The notes: a model not told the origin generated them from the letters alone. Numbered from the stretch's first letter, positions 52,900-63,094 are shown. The stretch is 64,000 nucleotides of DNA from Candidatus Izemoplasmatales bacterium (GCA_050949045.1 JBMNEZ010000001.1:736001-800000), one strand, 5' to 3'. Numbers and translations are program-made.

Positions 52900-54668
52900 A
52901 GAAAAAAAAAACAAATAGAAAAAAAATGACAAAAGAACAAAAAGCGGAAAATAAAAAAAGAAGAGATTTTTCTAAAAAAATTGAAAATATATTTGTATTT
53001 TCGGGATTCAAAAAAATACCAGTACGTGGCATGACCTTTCAGTTGGGTGGGAGATCACATGAGTTGGATCATTGTTTTGTCTATGAAAACATTCTCATTA
53101 TATGCGAGGATACTATACAAGAATTAAAGAAAAAGGAAAAAGGTGAAACTTATAACAATAATCATAAATTGATAAAAAATGAAACTGCAGAGATGATTTC
53201 TGATAATAAAAAAGAAGTTTTTGAACTTTTAAAAAAGAAGTTTACCGATTGCAAAGAGATTAAAAAATATAGTCACACAGAATTTAAAGTCTTTTATTTA
53301 TATTTTGAATATGGAACTAAGAAATTTTATAAAGATACAGTAGATAGATTTAAAAATTTGAAACTAATCGATGCTCCAACAATGAATTATTTTGTATCTA
53401 TGTCTAAATGCATTAAAACTTCATTTAAATATGAATTATTTAGATTTTTAAAATTATCAAAAACAGATGTTGGAATACCTAATCCAACAGGTGAAATAAA
53501 ATCTATTAAAACACCGATAATTTATCCGGATTCTGTAACAGGTTTTCAGAGGGGAATTAGAATAGTTTCTTTTATGATGAAACCGGGCGATTTAATTGAA
53601 AATTGTTGTGTGCTCAGGAAAGATGGTTGGGATAAAAATATAGATTTATATCAAAGATTAGTTATTCCAAGTAAAATAAAATCAATAAGAAAATTTGTTG
53701 CTGAAAAACAAACAGCATTTTTAAATAATATCATTGTTACTCTTCCAAAAGAAATAAGTTTTTATCAGATTTCATCAGATAAAGAAAAATCAATTGAATT
53801 AGAAGATATAACAAAGTATAGAAGTGATATAGGAATTCGTATACCTGCTGATTTTAATAGCATGATAATAATAGATGGACAACACCGTGTTTTCGCATAT
53901 TATGAGGATAATAATAAAGAAGATTCTCTAGAATTAAAAATTAGAGATTTAAGAGATAAATTGAACTTACTTGTAACAGGGGTTATTTATCCTGATAATG
54001 AGTACTACAATGATGATTTAAATAAAAGGAAATTTGAAAGCGATTTATTTGTATCAATTAATGAAAATGCTAAAGTTGTTGATGCGGATACAATAATACA
54101 TGTTCAATCTATATTAAACCCAACATCTAGTGAAGCTATATCCAGAAAAGTTATTGAATTGTTAAATGAAGATGGCCCATTTAAATCTTTATTTGAATTA
54201 TCTAAAGTTGAACCTTCACTAATTAAAACAGCATCTATCATAAAATATGCATTAACTAATATGGTAGCAGCAAGAAACAACGAAAATTCGCTATTTTATT
54301 ATTGGTTAAAAGAAAATCACCAAAACGAGATATATGAACTGAGAAGTAGTAAAGATATTAATGATTATGTTAAATATTGTGCAACGTGTTTAAACGAATA
54401 TTTTAATGCCATTAAAGAAAAATTTCGTAATGATTGGAATAAAAACTCAAAATTATTGCAGGTCGTTTCACTTAATGCTTTTATCATTGCTTTAAGAGAA
54501 ACATTAAAATTAGTAGGCGGGCCTAAAAATAGTAAATTTTATTCTGAAGTTATTAAAGATCTTGATATTGATTTTAATGACATTAAGAATTTTCCGTATG
54601 CTGGTTCTCAATATAAAAAATTTGCAAACGATGCAATAATTCCATTATTTAATAAACATAAAAATTAA
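52893..54668 (+). CDS. DGQHR (DndB-like) domain protein with N-terminal nuclease-like domain
   Basis: YQRL, NNIIV, IIDGQHR, FVSINENAK; N-terminal ELDHCFVYENILIICEDT. Confidence 0.88.
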   Translation: MVKKKKTNRKKMTKEQKAENKKRRDFSKKIENIFVFSGFKKIPVRGMTFQLGGRSHELDHCFVYENILIICEDTIQELKKKEKGETYNNNHKLIKNETAEMISDNKKEVFELLKKKFTDCKEIKKYSHTEFKVFYLYFEYGTKKFYKDTVDRFKNLKLIDAPTMNYFVSMSKCIKTSFKYELFRFLKLSKTDVGIPNPTGEIKSIKTPIIYPDSVTGFQRGIRIVSFMMKPGDLIENCCVLRKDGWDKNIDLYQRLVIPSKIKSIRKFVAEKQTAFLNNIIVTLPKEISFYQISSDKEKSIELEDITKYRSDIGIRIPADFNSMIIIDGQHRVFAYYEDNNKEDSLELKIRDLRDKLNLLVTGVIYPDNEYYNDDLNKRKFESDLFVSINENAKVVDADTIIHVQSILNPTSSEAISRKVIELLNEDGPFKSLFELSKVEPSLIKTASIIKYALTNMVAARNNENSLFYYWLKENHQNEIYELRSSKDINDYVKYCATCLNEYFNAIKEKFRNDWNKNSKLLQVVSLNAFIIALRETLKLVGGPKNSKFYSEVIKDLDIDFNDIKNFPYAGSQYKKFANDAIIPLFNKHKN

Positions 54669-55010
54669 ATTAGTTCGTATTTTGGAATGTCAACTAAAAA
54701 GTGAACATTCAATTTTTTATTTATTTTACGTGTCTACTTGACAAGGGGTTGTTCATTTTCGATATATTATCACGTTAATAGATATAATAAAAGTGTTGTA
54801 ATATTATGTTAATTTACATGTAAAGATGAGTTTAGAAATTCTTTATAAAACACGAGTTTGAACCCAAAAAAGGATTTATTATTAAGACAATTCTGACATT
54901 TTTATAAAAAATGAAAAATAATTAAGGAATAAAGAACCGAATATAAGTTAATTTTATCAATGTATATAATAAAATAATAATAAGACAAAAAGCAATATGG
55001 AGAGATTGAA

Positions 55011-56258
55011 GTGAAGAAAAATGCCAAATTTATTGATATGTTTGCAGGAATAGGCGGCTTTCACGAAGCGATGTTAAAGGTGGATCCTAATTCTACTTGT
55101 GTTTGTGCTATTGAATTTGATGGTGCTGCGCAAAGTGTATATAAGAATAGTTTTGGGATTGATCCACTCGGCGATATTAATAATGAAAACACGATTCAAG
55201 GCATAGATATTGCAGTAGAAAAAAATGATGGGTTTGATATTTTATTTGCCGGATTTCCGTGTCAAACTTTTTCAAAAGCTGGAAAAAGAGAGGGGTTTAA
55301 TGATGAAACAAGAGGGACACTATTTTATAAAATCGAAGAATTGTTGAAAAAATATAAACCGCAATATTTTGTTTTAGAAAATGTTCGAAATTTAATTAAT
55401 CATAAATCTAATAATCAAAAGTCTTTAAAAATTATTATTGATCATTTAAAAAAAATGGGTTACGAGGTTAGATGGTCTCTTTTGAGTCCACATAGAATTA
55501 AACAAGATAAATTTATCCCTCAATTACGAGAGAGGGTTTTTATTTATGGGAAAATAAACTCAACAGAAGAAGAGCTTAATCAAATAAGAAAAAACATTGA
55601 ATCAAAATTTTATTCGAACAAAGAATTTAGAGATAATTTGCCTACAGACTTTAAAAAAATGAAGCAAAACATAGAAAGATTTTTGGATAAAGATAACGAT
55701 AGTATTGCGGAATTGAAAATAGATGAAAACACTATGAAGGTTTTGAATATATGGGAAGAATTAAATCAAGAAATAAGAGCAGATGGCGGTCGTCTAATAT
55801 CGCCAATATGGTTAGATACGATTTTTAATGAAGAAAATCAAAAAACAGATTTAGAATGGAAAAGCAACCTAATTAACAAGAATATGGAGTTTTATAAAAA
55901 ACATAAAAAAGTTATTAATAAATGGTATAAAAAACACAATAAATTAAAAGGATTCAATAAAACTCAACGAAAATTTGAATGGAATGCAAACAACACTATA
56001 GCAAGTATATTTGAAGGAATTATTCATTCGAGGCCATCCGGTATCAGAGTTAAGAAACCAGATTATTTTCCTACATTTGTTGCAATAAATCAAAAACCTA
56101 TAATCAATAACAAATATATATCTCCTAACGAGATTAAAAAATTATATGGGTTTCAAAAAGTTAAGTTGGGTTCTAGTTATGCAGAATCTTATAAACAATT
56201 AGGTAACTCCGTTAGTGCCGATGTTTCTGCTATAGTAATTAAAGAGTTGTTGAGGTAG
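55011..56258 (+). CDS. DNA (cytosine-5)-methyltransferase
   Basis: FAGIGG, GFPCQ, ENV, QLRER, YKQLGNSV. Confidence 0.95.
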   Translation: MKKNAKFIDMFAGIGGFHEAMLKVDPNSTCVCAIEFDGAAQSVYKNSFGIDPLGDINNENTIQGIDIAVEKNDGFDILFAGFPCQTFSKAGKREGFNDETRGTLFYKIEELLKKYKPQYFVLENVRNLINHKSNNQKSLKIIIDHLKKMGYEVRWSLLSPHRIKQDKFIPQLRERVFIYGKINSTEEELNQIRKNIESKFYSNKEFRDNLPTDFKKMKQNIERFLDKDNDSIAELKIDENTMKVLNIWEELNQEIRADGGRLISPIWLDTIFNEENQKTDLEWKSNLINKNMEFYKKHKKVINKWYKKHNKLKGFNKTQRKFEWNANNTIASIFEGIIHSRPSGIRVKKPDYFPTFVAINQKPIINNKYISPNEIKKLYGFQKVKLGSSYAESYKQLGNSVSADVSAIVIKELLR

Positions 56259-56262
56259 AAAA

Positions 56263-56814
56263 ATGATGAATTTGAATATAGATAAAAATAAAAAAATTGT
56301 CGAAGCAAAAGACAAGAAACATCCTACTAATAAATTGAAGTTATATTTTCAAAAAATGATTGTAGAAAACGGTTTTTTAATAAAATCTTTTCAAACAAGA
56401 GGTTCCATAATTAGCATTGTTTTTCAAAAGCAAGATAAAAAATATACATTACATTCAGTTTTAAAAAATATTACACATGCAGGATGGAAAGATAAACCAG
56501 AAATAAAGAGAATTCAAGTAACGAATTTATGGACTAACAAGCCTAAGTTTATTCAAGTTAATAAAAAAAATGAGTTTTTAATTTACTTTGGTTATTATGA
56601 TTTTGATAATAATCCACTAATAGTAGCGTGGGATTCTGAAAGGTATAGCGATCATAAAACAAATAGGTCTTGCTATGTTAATTTAGATACACTATTGTGG
56701 GCATATAACGAAAATTATGTATCAACAGTAAATAGTAGTCAAAAAGTATGGATTTTTAAACCGGAAAAATTTAAAAAATTTTTAGATGAATATAAAGAAT
56801 ACATTAATAATTAG
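56263..56814 (+). CDS. methyltransferase-associated hypothetical protein
   Basis: 183 aa, LKNITHAGW...RIQV...GYY....IVAWD; operonic with the C5 MTase. Confidence 0.7.
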   Translation: MMNLNIDKNKKIVEAKDKKHPTNKLKLYFQKMIVENGFLIKSFQTRGSIISIVFQKQDKKYTLHSVLKNITHAGWKDKPEIKRIQVTNLWTNKPKFIQVNKKNEFLIYFGYYDFDNNPLIVAWDSERYSDHKTNRSCYVNLDTLLWAYNENYVSTVNSSQKVWIFKPEKFKKFLDEYKEYINN

Positions 56815-56825
56815 AGGTGATGTAA

Positions 56826-58373
56826 ATGAACGATAAAATTATAAAATTAGATATTAGACCACCAGCAAGTATTTATGGGACGTTTTCACGATTATCATAT
56901 GAACCGGCATATGCAATAGCTGAATTTGTTGATAATTCAACACAGTCATTTTATGATAATAAAACAACAATGAAATTTTACAAAGTAAATAAATTAAAAG
57001 TTAATATTGAATATGACAAAACTAAAGGCACTTTAAAAATAGAAGATAATGCTTATGGTATGGATTTAACTGATTTTAAACGAGCAATTTTATTAGGAGC
57101 TAAACCCATAGATAGTTCTGGTCGAAATGAGTTTGGTATGGGATTAAAAACTGCGGCTAGTTGGTTTGGTAATGTTTGGTCGGTAAAAAGCACTAGATTA
57201 AATGATGAAAATGAATACTTTGCTGAAGTAAATATACCAAAATTAGAATATGAGGACAATAATCATATTGATATTGTTGCAAGTAAAACAGATAAGAGAA
57301 AACACGGCACCATTATATTTATTAGAGAGTTAACTAAAAAAATAAAGCCTGCAGATGTGAAAAAGATTTTAAGTAGCACATATAGAAATGATTTAAAAAC
57401 AAAACAAGTGGAAATTAGATTTAATGGAGAATTGCTTACATTTGAACCTTACTCATTGCTTAATTATCAGGGAGAAGAATGGCAAAGAGAAGTCGCATTT
57501 GATTTTGAGTATGAAGGTAAACTATATAACGTTTGGGGGAAAATTGGAATAATTGATCCAGGGGGATTTAAAAAAGCGGGATTTGCATTATTTAGAAGAA
57601 ACAGGGTAATTATAGGTGGCGAAGGGAGAAACTATAAACCAGATAAAATATTTGTTCAAGCCCAAAGTCAAATTTCACTAAAATTAATAGGGGAATTTCA
57701 TTTAGAAGATTTTGAAGTCAATCAAGCTAAAGACGGTTTTGTATGGGGCGGTGGTCTTGAGGATGAATTTTTAGATAGGCTTAAAGAAAACATACAAGAT
57801 TACATCAAAATTGCTGAACTTTCAAAAGGTCAACGTATAGAATCGGAATCAATTAAAGAGGATAATTCAGAAGTTGTTCATAGAGAAACTAGTAAAGTGG
57901 TAGATAAAATATCAAAAGATGTACCGGATGATATTACACATGATGACGAGGATAGTAATGTAAAAAAATATAAACAACAGGAAAAGGCAAAAGACAGAGA
58001 TTTAGATAAACATCCTAGTGAAGAAAGTAAAGAAAGAGTTTATTATAATGTCATAGATTCAAATGATGACATACATATAAAATGGTCTATACAAAGTAAT
58101 AGTAAAGATTGGTTAGATATATCAAAAGAGTCTAAAGATGATAATAAAAGTGGAACGCGCTATTTTGTTACAATGAATTTGAATCACCCATTCTTTAAAC
58201 CTTATGCGAATGAGGAGGGAAATGAATTTAAAATTATTTTGGAAAAGTTAGCGCTTGCAATATCTTTAGCAGAAATTCAAGCTAATAGATTGGCAGATGA
58301 AAACGGAAGAGTTCACCCTAGTTTAATGGTTGTATTAATTAATCAATATTTAACGGAATTGGGAAATGAATAA
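56826..58373 (+). CDS. MORC/MutL-like GHKL ATPase
   Basis: AIAEFVDNS, DNAYGM, NEFGMGLKTA, HGT; C-terminal NLNHPFF. Confidence 0.9.
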   Translation: MNDKIIKLDIRPPASIYGTFSRLSYEPAYAIAEFVDNSTQSFYDNKTTMKFYKVNKLKVNIEYDKTKGTLKIEDNAYGMDLTDFKRAILLGAKPIDSSGRNEFGMGLKTAASWFGNVWSVKSTRLNDENEYFAEVNIPKLEYEDNNHIDIVASKTDKRKHGTIIFIRELTKKIKPADVKKILSSTYRNDLKTKQVEIRFNGELLTFEPYSLLNYQGEEWQREVAFDFEYEGKLYNVWGKIGIIDPGGFKKAGFALFRRNRVIIGGEGRNYKPDKIFVQAQSQISLKLIGEFHLEDFEVNQAKDGFVWGGGLEDEFLDRLKENIQDYIKIAELSKGQRIESESIKEDNSEVVHRETSKVVDKISKDVPDDITHDDEDSNVKKYKQQEKAKDRDLDKHPSEESKERVYYNVIDSNDDIHIKWSIQSNSKDWLDISKESKDDNKSGTRYFVTMNLNHPFFKPYANEEGNEFKIILEKLALAISLAEIQANRLADENGRVHPSLMVVLINQYLTELGNE

Positions 58374-60453
58374 AGAAATCGAAAAATACAAAGTTCATGA
58401 TAAAAGAGAAAATTTGGCTCATATAATTAATAAAGGAAAATTCTACAATCAAATTATAGATGTTCTAAAAACAAATTTCGATAAGCGCTCAACAGATACT
58501 ATAATTAATAATGTTGACAGAATTTATGAGTCTTTTTTAAATCTGAATGAAATTAAAAACTTATTATTAGTGGGAAAAGTTCAATCAGGAAAAACTTCAA
58601 ACTTAAAGTTGTTGACAGGACTTTTATTTGATAATGATTATCAACTTGGAGTTATTTACGGCGGATATAGTGAGGAATTATTAAAGCAAACAATCGAAAG
58701 ATTTAAAAATGCATATAGAAAAAACATAAATGAAAAAGATATTGTAATAATTGATACATATAACACAAATATAGATGGTTTAAGAGATGTTTTGCCTAAG
58801 ATGATTTCTAAAAACAAAATATTAATACTATCTATGAAAAATTCTGATACGATCAAGAAGGTTACAAACGCATTATCAGGAACTGAATTTTATAATTATA
58901 AAACTTTTATTATTGATGATGAGGGAGATCAAGCAAGTTTGAACACAGAGATAAGAAACAATGGAGAATCTCCAACATATAAAAATATTACTAGTATGAT
59001 AGAAATTTTTAAAACCCCCCTTTACTTATCATCAACTGCAACTCCCAACGCAATCATTTTTCAACCGTCTACCAGTATAATTGATCCTAAATCTGTAGTC
59101 TTGATTGAGCCGGGCGAAGAATATTATGGCGCTGATTTTTTTCACACCACAAGCGATAATATTATCATTGTTAGTGAAAACAGTGAAGAAATCAAGGTTA
59201 GTAATGATATGAAAAAAGCCTTTCATCATTTTTTAATTTCATCAGCGATATTACATATTGAAGGGATAAATAATACTTCGATGATAGTTCACACCCATAA
59301 AGATATATATATTCATAAACAAATGAAAAGAGACTTTGAGGCGATTAAAAAATTCTACGAAAATATTATTGAAAAAGATAAGAATTATTTCTATGGAGAA
59401 TTAAACACAATATATAAAAAGCCATATTTTGATGAGAAAATTATTGGGAAATACAGTTTAGATGTTTTGATTAAAATTATAAAAAATAAGGTATTTCCAA
59501 ATTTATTTTTCATTTTATATAACAGTAAAGGTTCTGACGATTTAGCATTTAAAGAATTTAAAAGCCATACAGTTTCTATAGGTGGGGAATTAATTCAAAG
59601 GGGAGTAACTTTTAATAATTTAGTAACATCTTATTTTACAAGATCGCCAAAATCAGGTGGTAATATGGATACAACCTTACAAAGAGCGAGATGGTTTGGT
59701 TATCGAAAAAAGATCATTCATTTGATGAGGGTTTTTACCACAGAAGAATTATCTGATAACTTCAGTATATTAACAGATGTGGAACAACAACTATGGGATC
59801 AATTTTATTCTGTTCAAGAAGGGGAATTAACATTAGATGATATTGCTATAAGGGCTGATTCTAAAATGAATGTAGCTAGACAAAACGTTATTAGTATAGA
59901 ATCAACCAATTTTCGAAGAAAGTGGTTTAAACAAAACTTGGGGATTTTTGACTCTGAATCAATAGTTAAAAATAATACAATAGTTAAAAATTATCTTAAA
60001 AGATTTTCAAAAAATAAAATAAGTTTAGCAAGGATTGATGGAGAGTTAAATGTTGAGTGTTTTGAAGATTCTTCTAAAAACTTTAAAGAAAAAATTATTA
60101 ACAAATTAACTATATTTAAATATGAACCTTTGAATAAAATTTTCGATTATGATATGGAAAACGAAATTATCGATGTTTTAATAATGGATAGTTTAAAACT
60201 AGGATCTAGAGAAAGAGAATTCAATAAAAATAATGTTGTTAATAACCTTCATCAAGGTCAAGATAAATCAAATAAAGACAGTAGTAAATTTTTAGGAGAT
60301 TCAAAAGTTATAAAAAATAAAGATAGGATTACAATACAAATTTTTAAAGTGTTACCGAAAAAAGATGGAAAGAAAAAACATGAATTTATTCAGTATATGT
60401 TTGCAGTTTATTTGCCAGTCGAAGGAAAGTATTTTAGGAGAAAGAAATTATGA
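58366..60453 (+). CDS. Z1 domain-containing SF2 helicase-like protein
   Basis: GKVQSGKT, IIDDEGDQAS, TATP, RGVTF, DTTLQRARWFGYR. Confidence 0.92.
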   Translation: MNKEIEKYKVHDKRENLAHIINKGKFYNQIIDVLKTNFDKRSTDTIINNVDRIYESFLNLNEIKNLLLVGKVQSGKTSNLKLLTGLLFDNDYQLGVIYGGYSEELLKQTIERFKNAYRKNINEKDIVIIDTYNTNIDGLRDVLPKMISKNKILILSMKNSDTIKKVTNALSGTEFYNYKTFIIDDEGDQASLNTEIRNNGESPTYKNITSMIEIFKTPLYLSSTATPNAIIFQPSTSIIDPKSVVLIEPGEEYYGADFFHTTSDNIIIVSENSEEIKVSNDMKKAFHHFLISSAILHIEGINNTSMIVHTHKDIYIHKQMKRDFEAIKKFYENIIEKDKNYFYGELNTIYKKPYFDEKIIGKYSLDVLIKIIKNKVFPNLFFILYNSKGSDDLAFKEFKSHTVSIGGELIQRGVTFNNLVTSYFTRSPKSGGNMDTTLQRARWFGYRKKIIHLMRVFTTEELSDNFSILTDVEQQLWDQFYSVQEGELTLDDIAIRADSKMNVARQNVISIESTNFRRKWFKQNLGIFDSESIVKNNTIVKNYLKRFSKNKISLARIDGELNVECFEDSSKNFKEKIINKLTIFKYEPLNKIFDYDMENEIIDVLIMDSLKLGSREREFNKNNVVNNLHQGQDKSNKDSSKFLGDSKVIKNKDRITIQIFKVLPKKDGKKKHEFIQYMFAVYLPVEGKYFRRKKL

Positions 60454-61394
60454 AATCTAAAATAAAAACAGTGTTAAATAAAATTCAAAAAAAAGAACTA
60501 AATTTAATATATTTGGTTGAAAGCATTGACGAAGAATGTGGTTTTTTTCTACATGAAAATAAATTTTTATTTGCCTCAAAAAATAAAGATAATGAAAAAT
60601 ATAAAGAAATAAACACAAATTATTTATCAATGAAGACTAAAATACAAATTGATGTGGTAACTAACGAACCCACCTTTGAAGCTGGAGAATATAATTTGCT
60701 TTATTTCAATCATAGTATTGAAGATGAAAGATTAGAGTTATTTATTAATTTAAGCGAACTATATTCTGAAACAAGAGATAAAATTACTTTCGTCAGTTTT
60801 TTTGAACAAATGCAATCACTTTTTCAAAGTTCTACAGAAAAAAACAAAAAAACAATGGTTGGTATATTAGGAGAACTTTATTTTATTATAAAAATGTTTT
60901 ATCTTGGACATGATTTATCTAACTTTTGGCTTACAACAGGCGAGTATTCAAAATATGATTTTATTTTAGAGAATATTAAAATGGAGGTAAAAACAACAAG
61001 TAGCATAACTCCAATTTTTAAAATCAAACATGACCAAGTTTTTAGCAATGGAAACGTATATATAATTACTGTTTTAATTTCGGAGGATAACAGTGGATTA
61101 TCAATTATGGAAATGGTTGAAAAAATTAAAGAAATAAATGCTTTTAAAGAAAACTTTTCCTTTATGGCGAAATTAAATTCAATATTATTTAAGATAGAAG
61201 ATGACTTAGATAGTATAAATAAAAAATATAGTTTATCTGAAATAAATGTATATGATGCAGATTCATTACATAAAATAGATAATATTCCTGGAAATATATT
61301 TAATGTAGTTTATGACTATAATTTTATAACCGAAGAACCAATGAAAATTAATGAATTTTCAAAAATTTTATATGAAGTCAAAGGAAAAATATAG
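60450..61394 (+). CDS. PD-(D/E)XK motif protein (DUF4420-like)
   Basis: GILGELY...W....YDF....MEVKTT; follows Z1. Confidence 0.85.
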   Translation: MKSKIKTVLNKIQKKELNLIYLVESIDEECGFFLHENKFLFASKNKDNEKYKEINTNYLSMKTKIQIDVVTNEPTFEAGEYNLLYFNHSIEDERLELFINLSELYSETRDKITFVSFFEQMQSLFQSSTEKNKKTMVGILGELYFIIKMFYLGHDLSNFWLTTGEYSKYDFILENIKMEVKTTSSITPIFKIKHDQVFSNGNVYIITVLISEDNSGLSIMEMVEKIKEINAFKENFSFMAKLNSILFKIEDDLDSINKKYSLSEINVYDADSLHKIDNIPGNIFNVVYDYNFITEEPMKINEFSKILYEVKGKI

Positions 61395-61504
61395 TGTTCG
61401 ATTTTCTTTTGTTTTCCCTCAAAAGGTACGCTAACGGATTTTTTTAGTACTTTTGCACAATTAAGCAATTTTCTACTATGCCTTTTATGTCATAATTGGT
61501 GGAG
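61392..61504 (+). repeat. conserved cassette-end arm, copy D (internally shortened), abutting tRNA-Ala CCA
   Basis: TAGTGTTCGATTTT...CCCTCAAAAGGTACGCTAACGGATTTTTTTAGTAC...CCTTTTATGTCATAAT-TGGTG. Confidence 0.85.
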
Positions 61505-61572
61505 ATGACGGGACTCGAACCCGCGACCTCTTGCATGCGAAGCAAGCGCTCTCCCAGCTGAGCTACATCCCC
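61497..61572 (-). tRNA. tRNA-Ala(CGC)
   Basis: GGGGATGTAGCTCAGCTGGGAGAGC...CTTGC-TTCGCAT-GCAAG...GTTCGAGTCC...ACCA. Confidence 0.96.
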
Positions 61573-61691
61573 ATACGATTACTATTTTAATAAAACAGCC
61601 GCAAAACTGCAAGACAAATTGCTTGGAGTATTTCTCTTAAAAAATATGCCGCTTCTTTAAAAGCCGGCTTTTTTTGAATGGCGATCAAGTT

Positions 61692-62984
61692 TCAATCGCC
61701 TTCGTAATCCCAAGTGATCGCTTCGGCGCCTTCGCTCCAGTAATAATGCCAGCCCTCTGGCTTTCTTTGGTGTTCGACAAAGATAAAAACGCCGCTGCCC
61801 GCAAAAGCGGCTTCACCGATCGAGGTCACATTTGCCGGGATATAAACAGTCCTTAATCCTCCATCGACAGCTTGATAATCTCCGGCAAAGGCAAAGGCCT
61901 TGATCGTGGTGACCGCATCAGGAACGGTATACTCATTTCCTGGTTTTGCCACAGGGTATGCGTATAAGATGTCACCTTCATAATTGAAGAGCACACCCTC
62001 GATCGACTTGAAAGCCGTGTTTTCCGAATCGACATTGATAGACTTTAGTTTGCCCATGTTAGCGAAAGCTTTGTCCCCAATACTTGTGAGGGTAGCGGGA
62101 ATAAAGATCTCGGTCGTGTTGGCGACACCGGCAAACGCACTGTTTCCGATCGTCATCAACCCGCTGGACAAGATGATTTCGGAAAGCGAAACGCACTGCT
62201 CGAAAGCATTCGCGCCGATTCTAGTTACACTGGAAGGAATGGCGATAGCAGCGAGCGAGTGACAATGAGAAAAAGTCGAAGCTTTGATTTCAATGATTCC
62301 CGCTGGCAAAGCGAGTGATGCGATCTCGCCGCAATCGTAAAAAGCATATGTTCCTATCGATATCACTCCGTCTGGTATGATGATACTCGACAAAGCATAA
62401 CAAGAATTGAACGCGTAGTCCCCGATCGAAAGCAAACCCTCAGGGAGGGTGATCGCACTCAGTTTTTCACACTCGGAAAATGTTCCCCGGCGGATTTCGT
62501 TTACCGCTTCCGGAATATCAATGGATTCAAGATTTTTACAATCTTGAAACGCATAAGCGCCGATCAAGGAAGTTGTTTCAGGAAGCGCTATGGACGACAG
62601 GCTGTGCGCTCCAGAGAACGCAAGTTCCCCAATCTCGACCAATTGAGTGCCGATAACGATCGTTTTTAGTTTCCTGCACCCGAAAAAAGCCTTGTCGCCG
62701 ATTTCGGTGACAAATTCCCCCAGGCGGATCTCGACCAAGGAATTATCGCGGAAAGCTTCCGGATCGATCTTGGTGACTCTGGTGAGCATGATCCGATCGC
62801 GGATCAAATATTTATCTTTTGCCTTGGATACACCGATGACAACCGCTTCGCCATCATCAATCCGGTAGCGAATCCCCTGATAGGCAACAAAAAAGCCGAA
62901 GGTGTAAAGCATCGTCATGACGATGCTCACAATTAAAACGACACTCACACTAGCCAACAACCAATAGAGTTTTCTTCTGCCCAC
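61692..62984 (-). CDS. membrane-anchored BspA-like leucine-rich-repeat protein
   Basis: N-terminal TM; repeated LP..L..IG..AF..C..L units. Confidence 0.9.
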   Translation of the reverse strand: MGRRKLYWLLASVSVVLIVSIVMTMLYTFGFFVAYQGIRYRIDDGEAVVIGVSKAKDKYLIRDRIMLTRVTKIDPEAFRDNSLVEIRLGEFVTEIGDKAFFGCRKLKTIVIGTQLVEIGELAFSGAHSLSSIALPETTSLIGAYAFQDCKNLESIDIPEAVNEIRRGTFSECEKLSAITLPEGLLSIGDYAFNSCYALSSIIIPDGVISIGTYAFYDCGEIASLALPAGIIEIKASTFSHCHSLAAIAIPSSVTRIGANAFEQCVSLSEIILSSGLMTIGNSAFAGVANTTEIFIPATLTSIGDKAFANMGKLKSINVDSENTAFKSIEGVLFNYEGDILYAYPVAKPGNEYTVPDAVTTIKAFAFAGDYQAVDGGLRTVYIPANVTSIGEAAFAGSGVFIFVEHQRKPEGWHYYWSEGAEAITWDYEGD

Positions 62985-63094
62985 CTGATCACCTCAACTC
63001 TTCATGCTTATTATAAACAGCACTCACATTATAGTTTTTTGTCTTGATTCTTTCAAGAATCAACCCTGATTTTGCCATCCTGAAAGCAACGAGC

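Larger units (their letters stand above)
39323..61504. mobile_element. tandem cassette array (defence island) at the 3' end of tRNA-Ala
   Basis: AT-rich block of defence genes and IS elements; in-register junctions at 39339 (degenerate), 48806 and 61497. Confidence 0.75.

Noticed and set aside
54685..54756. IS-end-like sequences (TGTCAACTAAAAAGTGAACA; TGTCTACTTGACAAGGGGTTGTTCA)
   Set aside because: No transposase or partner end nearby; at most a tiny remnant.
29400..61500. CRISPR array or classical integron
   Set aside because: No regularly spaced repeat-spacer units, no cas genes, no intI, and the arms are not long attC-type palindromes.
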